Of a stretch of 64,000 bases of DNA, positions 1 to 5,452 are shown piece after piece (the first letter of the stretch is position 1; the number at the start of each line of letters is the position of its first letter). The notes beneath the pieces are model-generated. The model was not told the DNA's origin. It did no database searches and was given only the letters and a program-made list of their open reading frames with translations. The translations under genes were made by a program, and so were the position numbers. This DNA is from a virus, in the IMG/VR virus record IMGVR_UViG_3300028585_000019, positions 26,975 to 90,974 of that record. One strand, written 5' to 3'.

Positions 1-2
1 CG

Positions 3-239
3 CCTTATTTAGGTACAACAAAATATAAAGACGACTTTGATCATGAAAAGTTTTATGATTGGTGTTTAGATCGTCACAAAGAAGGACATAAGGTATTTAT
101 TTCAGAGTATTGGATGCCAGAGGATATGTTTGAATGTGTGTGGTCAAAAGAGGTCAATAACTCTTTAACTAAAGATACTGGAAGCAAGAAAGGTGTTGAA
201 AAACTTTTTATAGTAAAGGAGAAAACAAAATATGACTAA
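3..239 (+). CDS. DNA adenine methyltransferase (Dam-like), 3' fragment
   Basis: Manual translation: (P)PYLGTTKYKDDFDHEKFYDWC...KVFISEY...EKLF*. This is the end of a DPPY motif followed by the typical D12-class tail; truncated by the window edge. Confidence 0.75.
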   Translation, partial: PYLGTTKYKDDFDHEKFYDWCLDRHKEGHKVFISEYWMPEDMFECVWSKEVNNSLTKDTGSKKGVEKLFIVKEKTKYD

Positions 240-393
240 TATGCTTTTCGGAGACAATCAAATGGAGAGCATCACAATTGGTGATGAAGTGATGTTCTTC
301 TGTGTAGAAGACGATACATCGCTCTGGTCAGTTGGTGATGACGATATTGATGAAGAGAATCTTTCTGAGCTTGCTTTGTATAATCTTAAATAA
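232..393 (+). CDS. small acidic hypothetical protein (53 aa)
   Basis: AAGGAG RBS, ATG overlapping the methylase stop, open to TAA at 391-393. Confidence 0.55.
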   Translation: MTNMLFGDNQMESITIGDEVMFFCVEDDTSLWSVGDDDIDEENLSELALYNLK

Positions 394-397
394 TTTG

Positions 398-426
398 TTG
401 ACATAATTAATAAAAAGATATAAAGT
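398..426 (+). promoter_or_regulatory. sigma70-type promoter
   Basis: TTGACA-17-TAAAGT. Confidence 0.55.
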
Positions 427-455
427 GATTATATAAATAGAAATTAAGGAATAAT

Positions 456-587
456 ATGAAGATTACAAAAATTAAGCTTGAAGAGGGTAACCGAATGATC
501 CGTCTATGTCTTGTAGGGCAAAATGAAGGTCGTTGGTTTTCACGTATCGATCTGTGGTGGGTTGGTTATCGTTTTACAAAAGAATAA
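456..587 (+). CDS. small hypothetical protein (43 aa)
   Basis: AAGGA RBS; MKITKIKLEEGNRMIRLCLVG...FTKE*. Confidence 0.5.
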   Translation: MKITKIKLEEGNRMIRLCLVGQNEGRWFSRIDLWWVGYRFTKE

Positions 588-596
588 GGAATTATA

Positions 597-791
597 ATGA
601 AAACTAAAGAAGATATTGAGATTGAAGAAATGATTCGTCTGATTGATATTGAGGCTGATATCTGGCTTTCTGAGAATGAATTGGAGTTTGAGGATATTGA
701 TAATCCAGTTCATCCGTTTCGTTTTGAATACGCTCATGAAGCCCTTACCAGCACTGGTACTACTCGCTTTAAGAAGTGGACTGCTGAATAA
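597..791 (+). CDS. hypothetical protein
   Basis: 64-aa ORF with AAGGA RBS. Confidence 0.6.
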   Translation: MKTKEDIEIEEMIRLIDIEADIWLSENELEFEDIDNPVHPFRFEYAHEALTSTGTTRFKKWTAE

Positions 792-832
792 GGAAAATAA
801 GATGAATGACGAACATGATGATCTTTAAGCTA

Positions 833-862
833 TTGACAATAATAGAGAAACAATGTTAAAAT
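833..862 (+). promoter_or_regulatory. sigma70 promoter with extended -10, upstream of the candidate sRNA
   Basis: TTGACA-18-TAAAAT with TG at 854-855. Confidence 0.65.
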
Positions 863-868
863 GTACGC

Positions 869-1035
869 ATAAGGGAGAAGAAAAGATATGAGTATTCTCC
901 CACGAATTCTAGAGCATTCTTCTCTGTTGATGTATTGATTAACTGCCCTCTCCTCAGTTAGTCAGGTGATGCAGAGAAGGAAGCCGCCCTTCCATGTGTT
1001 GTAGCGTAAGCTCCTGTGGAAAGGGTGTTTTATTT
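869..1035 (+). ncRNA. candidate structured small RNA (~165 nt)
   Basis: Own promoter; stems at 873-901, 917-981 and 986-1026 (the last with a GTAA tetraloop and a T-rich tail); no ORF longer than 16 aa noticed. Confidence 0.55.
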
Positions 1036-1068
1036 GTAGGATAATCTTTTTATTTCTAATTAAATGAC

Positions 1069-1097
1069 TTGACAGCGTACTCTGGCGAGATTATTAT
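1069..1097 (+). promoter_or_regulatory. sigma70-type promoter
   Basis: TTGACA-17-TATTAT. Confidence 0.6.
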
Positions 1098-1131
1098 TAC
1101 CCCTATATTAACATAAATAAGGGGTTTAACT

Positions 1132-1692
1132 TTGAAAGTCGCAAAGAACAATAGAGACGAAAAGATTGCCGTTGTTGAAGGAATTGCTGAGGGTAAGATT
1201 CTTGAAGAGGATGAGCTGATCAGTCTAGTCTTTGATAAAATTAGCAATGATAAAAGGCTTAAAGGTAGTAAAGGAAATTCTCCTTTTGCTGTAGGTACAA
1301 AAGCTTATAAACAAGCTACTGTAGACTCGTATGAAAGGGCACTTGCTTCTGTACTTCTATACTCTTTCAAGCACGGTAAAAGTTCTTCTATAGGCTATCT
1401 CTATTTTATAGAGAGTAATAGTCACAAGGGGTATGTTAAGATTGGTTATTCTCAGGACGTAGAGACAAGATTGAATTCTTATCAGATTTGTTCACCGCAT
1501 AGGGATTTTAGGGTAGTTAAGTATTTAATTCTAAAGCACCCAGCGCAAGCAGAAAAGGTAGCTCTAAATTTACTTTCCAGCAAATCTGTTGGAGGTGAGT
1601 GGATTAAAACAGACGATGCAGAAGACGACTTTAAAACTGTTTGTAAATTTTTAGCTTCTATTGGTATTAAAAATAGATTTGCTTTTACTTAA
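1132..1692 (+). CDS. GIY-YIG superfamily (T5orf172/MUG113-like) endonuclease-like protein
   Basis: GYLYFI...YVKIGYS..VETRLNSYQ...AEK...GEW motif series. Confidence 0.75.
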   Translation: MKVAKNNRDEKIAVVEGIAEGKILEEDELISLVFDKISNDKRLKGSKGNSPFAVGTKAYKQATVDSYERALASVLLYSFKHGKSSSIGYLYFIESNSHKGYVKIGYSQDVETRLNSYQICSPHRDFRVVKYLILKHPAQAEKVALNLLSSKSVGGEWIKTDDAEDDFKTVCKFLASIGIKNRFAFT

Positions 1693-1696
1693 AAGT

Positions 1697-1773
1697 GCTC
1701 CGTTAGCTCAACTGGATAGAGCAGTAGTCCTCTAAACTATAGGTTAGAAGTTCAAATCTTCTACGGAGTTCCA
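1697..1773 (+). tRNA. tRNA-Arg (TCT), atypical C33
   Basis: Cloverleaf GCTCCGT/ACGGAGT; D-arm GCTC/GAGC with A20; anticodon stem GTAGT/ACTAT with loop CC-TCT-AA; T-loop TTCAAAT; encoded CCA. Confidence 0.88.
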
Positions 1774-1779
1774 AACACC

Positions 1780-2158
1780 ACTCAATCGGGACGCTGATTG
1801 TTTAATTCCCTTTAAGGGGCTTGAAGCTGACAGACGTGTTAGTAATTCCTCGTAGACGGGTGTTGAACGGGGCAATGAATTTTACAGCGTAAGACGATGT
1901 GGATACTGGTTGTGTACTAGACCACCCACCTTTGGACGGATAAATGAGTACACTATTTATCGGAAGCGGCCTTAGAGATTAAAGCTTTAAGGACATTGGA
2001 CATGAAGCGATTTGATTCGTTAACTAACAATACCGTGCGACTTCCCTGTAATATGAAACATATCAAGCGCCTTGGAAGCAGAGCTATCTGTACTCCATTG
2101 ATATGTCATAACAATAAATGACAACCAAATATTTGCCCCACCTTGTGTGGGGCTTTTT
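1780..2158 (+). ncRNA. candidate large structured ncRNA (~370 nt) downstream of the tRNA
   Basis: ORF-free; at least 8 hairpins plus nested long-range pairings; repeated GACG loops; ends in an intrinsic terminator. Confidence 0.55.
2135..2158 (+). terminator. rho-independent terminator
   Basis: GCCCCAC-CTTGT-GTGGGGC-TTTTT. Confidence 0.85.
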
Positions 2159-2192
2159 CTTGCCTACAATAATAGAAACTGCCTATTAAAGC

Positions 2193-2222
2193 TTGACAAT
2201 ACATAGATAATCATGTTAATAT
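2193..2222 (+). promoter_or_regulatory. sigma70-type promoter upstream of terS
   Basis: TTGACA-18-TAATAT with TG extension. Confidence 0.55.
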
Positions 2223-2260
2223 TCTTTTATGTCCCGGAACAATAAAGCAGGAATGAAAGA

Positions 2261-2716
2261 ATGAGTGATGAAGATAATGATGTAAGTGAACCTCTCTACA
2301 CAGAGAGCGGTAGGAAGTTACCAAGTACAGCTTGGCCTAAAGGTCATTGTCCTAATAAAAAAGGACGGCCAAAAGCTGGCACAGAGAAGGCTAATGCAAA
2401 GCCTCGCAGTAAGATGCGTAACACTCTTAGTAAGCTTTATGAGCTTGAGCAAGTGGCTGCTGATGTAATTAAAGAGCATCTTGAGAATAAAGACAAAACT
2501 GTCGATCTGGATAAGAGTCGTCTTGATGTTGCTAAGTTTGTTATCAAGGCAATTGAGTCTTACAACAATACATGTCTTCGTGAAGAGATGGCTATCCTCG
2601 GTATTCGCGAGAAGAATGAAAAGAATGCTGATACTCTAGAAGAAAATCAATCTTTGGAAGCAGAAGCTCCTAAGAACTTTAGCATGGACTTGGTAGAAAC
2701 TTCCCTTAAACATTGA
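2261..2716 (+). CDS. probable terminase small subunit (DUF5681-like N-terminus)
   Basis: TAWPKGHCPNKKGRPK motif, helical body, position upstream of terL. Confidence 0.6.
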   Translation: MSDEDNDVSEPLYTESGRKLPSTAWPKGHCPNKKGRPKAGTEKANAKPRSKMRNTLSKLYELEQVAADVIKEHLENKDKTVDLDKSRLDVAKFVIKAIESYNNTCLREEMAILGIREKNEKNADTLEENQSLEAEAPKNFSMDLVETSLKH

Positions 2717-2724
2717 GGCAAGAT

Positions 2725-2937
2725 ATGCAATCAACAATTGAAAGACTTGAGTGGCAAATTGCACAATTAGAAAGCAGGGTAGCTCTTCTTGAGCTTGAGA
2801 TTACAGCTTTGAAGCAAACTGAGATTAATATTGATCCTGTGATGGTAACAACCGAATTTAAATCTGCAACAGAGAAAACCCTTAAAGAGGCATTGAAGCC
2901 CGGTGGTATGCTTTGGAATGCAATTAATAGTCGGTGA
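2725..2937 (+). CDS. small coiled-coil protein whose C-terminus resembles the tape measure protein C-terminus
   Basis: GAGG RBS before ATG at 2725; ends KSATEKTLKEALKPGGMLWNAINSR versus TMP KSECERAISNGLKPGGQIWRQMNGR. Confidence 0.7.
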   Translation: MQSTIERLEWQIAQLESRVALLELEITALKQTEINIDPVMVTTEFKSATEKTLKEALKPGGMLWNAINSR

Positions 2938-2943
2938 AGACTT

Positions 2944-3066
2944 ATGGATAATATCAAAATCGATATCATGTATTCAGACGGGTACTGGAAGTTTAAATGC
3001 TGCAAAACCTCTGTCTGGTCGGATTGGTTTGAAATAAAGAAACAAAAACCCAGAATTTTACATTGA
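2944..3066 (+). CDS. possible 40-aa hypothetical protein
   Basis: MDNIKIDIMYSDGYWKFKCCK...RILH*; fills the gap between neighbours; weak RBS. Confidence 0.35.
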   Translation: MDNIKIDIMYSDGYWKFKCCKTSVWSDWFEIKKQKPRILH

Positions 3067-3075
3067 GGAATAAAT

Positions 3076-3306
3076 ATGGAAAACCAACATAAAATGATTA
3101 AAGGTTATCGTGATCTTTCTCAATCAGAAATTGATGGGATGAACTCAATCAAGTCTCTTGAAGTTGATACTGGAGCCCTGTTTAAACAAATTTCTGAAAT
3201 TGAAGGCGTTGATCCCCGTTCTTTAGCACTAGCTAAAACTAAACTGCAAGAAGGTTTTATGTGGTTCGTCCGTGCTATTGCAAAACCTGCTGACCCATTT
3301 AATTAA
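3076..3306 (+). CDS. acb2: anti-CBASS sponge protein Acb2 (Acb2/Tad1 family)
   Basis: MENQHKMIKGYRDLSQSEIDGMNSIK...RSLALAKTKLQEGFMWFVRAIAKP matches the Acb2 signature as recalled (Y11 and K26 positions conserved). Confidence 0.85.
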   Translation: MENQHKMIKGYRDLSQSEIDGMNSIKSLEVDTGALFKQISEIEGVDPRSLALAKTKLQEGFMWFVRAIAKPADPFN

Positions 3307-3319
3307 TAAGGAATAAATA

Positions 3320-3847
3320 ATGAAATATGAAATCTTGCTGACCAGCAAAGATATGTTTGGTCAAGACGTAGTTGATAACCTGCTGGAACTTGGTAAGCTT
3401 GGTGCTGTAAAGAAAGAAGGCACTTTCGCTCATATGAAGTTTCCTTACACTGTGTATCTTGAAGTAGAAGCTGATGAGCCTCCTATGCCTTCTGCTCAAA
3501 TCCGTGTATTCGATCATAAGAAGAAAGAAGTGTTTGCTAAAGCTTTGGAAGAACAGCGTAAAGAAAAAGAGAAGGCTGAAAAGAAAGAGGCTAAGAAAGC
3601 AGAGAGTTCCACCCAAGCTGCTTCTAATTTCTCTGTAGAGCAAGAAGATAAAGATGATGAGGATGAAGGCGAAGCTGATAATTCTCTGGCTACCAATGAT
3701 CAAGGTGAACCCTGGACTAAAGAGCAGCTTGAGGATCTTGATTGGAACACCTTTAAAAAGGCACTTAAGCAGTCCCAAGGTATTACTGGGCGGAATCGTC
3801 CACAGATGTTGAAGCAGTATCTGGATAAAGTAGCTGAAAGTCAATAA
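3320..3847 (+). CDS. hypothetical protein with charged linker and small C-terminal helical (Rho-N/HeH-like) domain
   Basis: 175-aa ORF with strong RBS; C-terminal WTKEQLEDLDWNTFKK...GITGRNR. Confidence 0.7.
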   Translation: MKYEILLTSKDMFGQDVVDNLLELGKLGAVKKEGTFAHMKFPYTVYLEVEADEPPMPSAQIRVFDHKKKEVFAKALEEQRKEKEKAEKKEAKKAESSTQAASNFSVEQEDKDDEDEGEADNSLATNDQGEPWTKEQLEDLDWNTFKKALKQSQGITGRNRPQMLKQYLDKVAESQ

Positions 3848-3873
3848 ATTTAAGGCTTTTAAGTTATAAAGGC

Positions 3874-3902
3874 TTGACAAGGCAGTTATTATTTAGTATA
3901 CT
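3874..3902 (+). promoter_or_regulatory. sigma70 promoter ahead of the endonuclease-terL-head operon
   Basis: TTGACA-17-TATACT. Confidence 0.75.
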
Positions 3903-3964
3903 ATGAAATGTATAGAGAGAATTTATTGAGGATTTAGTTCTTATGAATTCTCTTTAAAACTTTA

Positions 3965-4051
3965 TGTGGATGACACGGGATTGCAAGCCCTTCTTGTTGC
4001 TTACTCAGCAAGATAGTCCACACCTATTCCACCTAGTAAGAGGTAAAATTA
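3965..4051 (+). promoter_or_regulatory. cis-regulatory RNA: 3-way junction plus kissing loop covering the RBS (C4-antisense-like)
   Basis: Stems 3965-71/4016-22, 3977-90 and 3992-99/4006-13 with loop CTTACT, complementary to loop AGTAAG of hairpin ACCT/AGGT (4031-4044), which contains the SD. Confidence 0.55.
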
Positions 4052-5452
4052 ATGAATATTAGTATCGGAGATGTATTTTCACGTCTCACAGTTATTGAAA
4101 AAGCCGAGGACAAGACTTCTCCTGGCGGAAGGGTTCGTAAGTACTGGTTGTGTAAATGTTCGTGCGACAGAAATAAAACTCTCGAAGTCCGATCTGATAG
4201 CCTTACAGGTGAACGAGTCAGAAGTTGTGGGTGTCTCAGAGATGAGACGGCTCGTAAGATGCGGACTGGTCAGCCACCAAAAACTGTTAGACCTTTGCCT
4301 AGCCTTGCTGGTAATGTCTATGGTTTGCTTACTGTTGTAAAGCAAGCTGAACCTACTGAAACTCCTAAAGGGAGGAAGATGCCTAGGTGGGAATGCTCCT
4401 GTGAATGTGGAGAGACTGCTATTCTTTATCATGAACGACTTCGTAATAAAGAATACGTTTCTTGTGGGTGTGTCTCTAAAAAATCATATGATGCTGGATT
4501 CAAAAGTGCAACAGAGGGGTTTATTAGTAAAGCTAAAGAAGTTCATGGTGACAAATATGACTACTCTCTCACTTGCTTTGAGAGTTCTCGAAAACATGTA
4601 ACTATTTTGTGTAAGACTCATGGAGAGTTTAAACAAATTTCTGCTAATCATCTAACAGGAAACGGTTGTCCGCGTTGTGGAGTTGAAAGTAGGGCTGATA
4701 CCCTTGAAACTTTTATAGTAAAATCTGAGATTCTACATTCTAATGTGTATGACTACTCTAAAGTGGATTTCATCAGTCCTACAGAACCTGTTACTATTAC
4801 ATGCAAAGTACATGGAGATTTTGAGCAAAGACCTAAGACTCATTTAGGCGGTTTGGGTTGTCCTTTATGTAGCAGAGAGTCCGTTCTTAGTAATAGAGAA
4901 GAAGAATTTATTCGCCGTTCTATAGAGAAACATGGTGATAGGTATGATTACTCAGAAGTTGTCTATGAGGACGTACGTATCCATGTGAAAGTTGGATGTC
5001 CTTCTCACGGCACATTTCTACAAAGGCCTGATATTCACATGTTAGGTAGTAAATGTCCGAAATGTTCTTCTGAGGAGAGGGCTGCAAAACAACATTGGGA
5101 TTATCTGGAACGCTGCAAACTAGATCCTAAGCTTGCAAATTCGCCCGCTGTTCTGTACTTATTAAAACTTAATGACAACTTTGAATGTTTTCTTAAAGTT
5201 GGAATAAGTTCCTCTTTTAAAAGAAGGTTGTCTCACTACAAGGAAGAGGGGTTAGACTTTGAAGTTCTAGAAGTTGTTAATACTACAGCAATTCAGGCCG
5301 CATTGCTTGAAAGGGAAACTCTGAAGTATATTAGAGAATCTAGTATTAGATATATCCCTAACAAAATATTTGCAGGTTGGACAGAGTGTGCAACTCTAGA
5401 AAGTAAAGATCAACTTCTAGAAATTTTTAAGGAGCTTAGTAATAATGTCTGA
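4052..5452 (+). CDS. putative homing endonuclease with multiple Zn-ribbon (DUF723/CapR-like) repeats and a C-terminal GIY-YIG-like domain
   Basis: Two WxCxCxC(G)...SCGC modules; three HGxxYDYS...CxxHGxF...GCPxC repeats; LKVGIS...GWTE C-terminus. Confidence 0.75.
   Translation: MNISIGDVFSRLTVIEKAEDKTSPGGRVRKYWLCKCSCDRNKTLEVRSDSLTGERVRSCGCLRDETARKMRTGQPPKTVRPLPSLAGNVYGLLTVVKQAEPTETPKGRKMPRWECSCECGETAILYHERLRNKEYVSCGCVSKKSYDAGFKSATEGFISKAKEVHGDKYDYSLTCFESSRKHVTILCKTHGEFKQISANHLTGNGCPRCGVESRADTLETFIVKSEILHSNVYDYSKVDFISPTEPVTITCKVHGDFEQRPKTHLGGLGCPLCSRESVLSNREEEFIRRSIEKHGDRYDYSEVVYEDVRIHVKVGCPSHGTFLQRPDIHMLGSKCPKCSSEERAAKQHWDYLERCKLDPKLANSPAVLYLLKLNDNFECFLKVGISSSFKRRLSHYKEEGLDFEVLEVVNTTAIQAALLERETLKYIRESSIRYIPNKIFAGWTECATLESKDQLLEIFKELSNNV

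Noticed and set aside
1722-1740. Reading the tRNA as an amber suppressor (CT-CTA-AA loop)
   Set aside because: That register breaks the anticodon stem; the TCT register pairs fully and A20 supports Arg. TAG is used as a normal stop in this genome, so there is no evidence of recoding.
1774-1830. Theta/HDV-like ribozyme at the tRNA 3' end
   Set aside because: The nested double pseudoknot could not be built by eye, and no G follows the tRNA end directly.
1823-1840. GAAGCTGACAGAC resembles the 5' end of E. coli RNase P RNA; GGGGCTTGA resembles a tmRNA start
   Set aside because: No GAGGAAAGTCC/P4 core, no T-arm or CCA end and no tag ORF were found; the resemblance is short and probably chance.
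1780-2130. RsmY/RsmZ-like sponge interpretation (about 8 GGA triplets)
   Set aside because: Only about two fit ANGGA and most are not in hairpin loops; kept only as an unidentified structured RNA.
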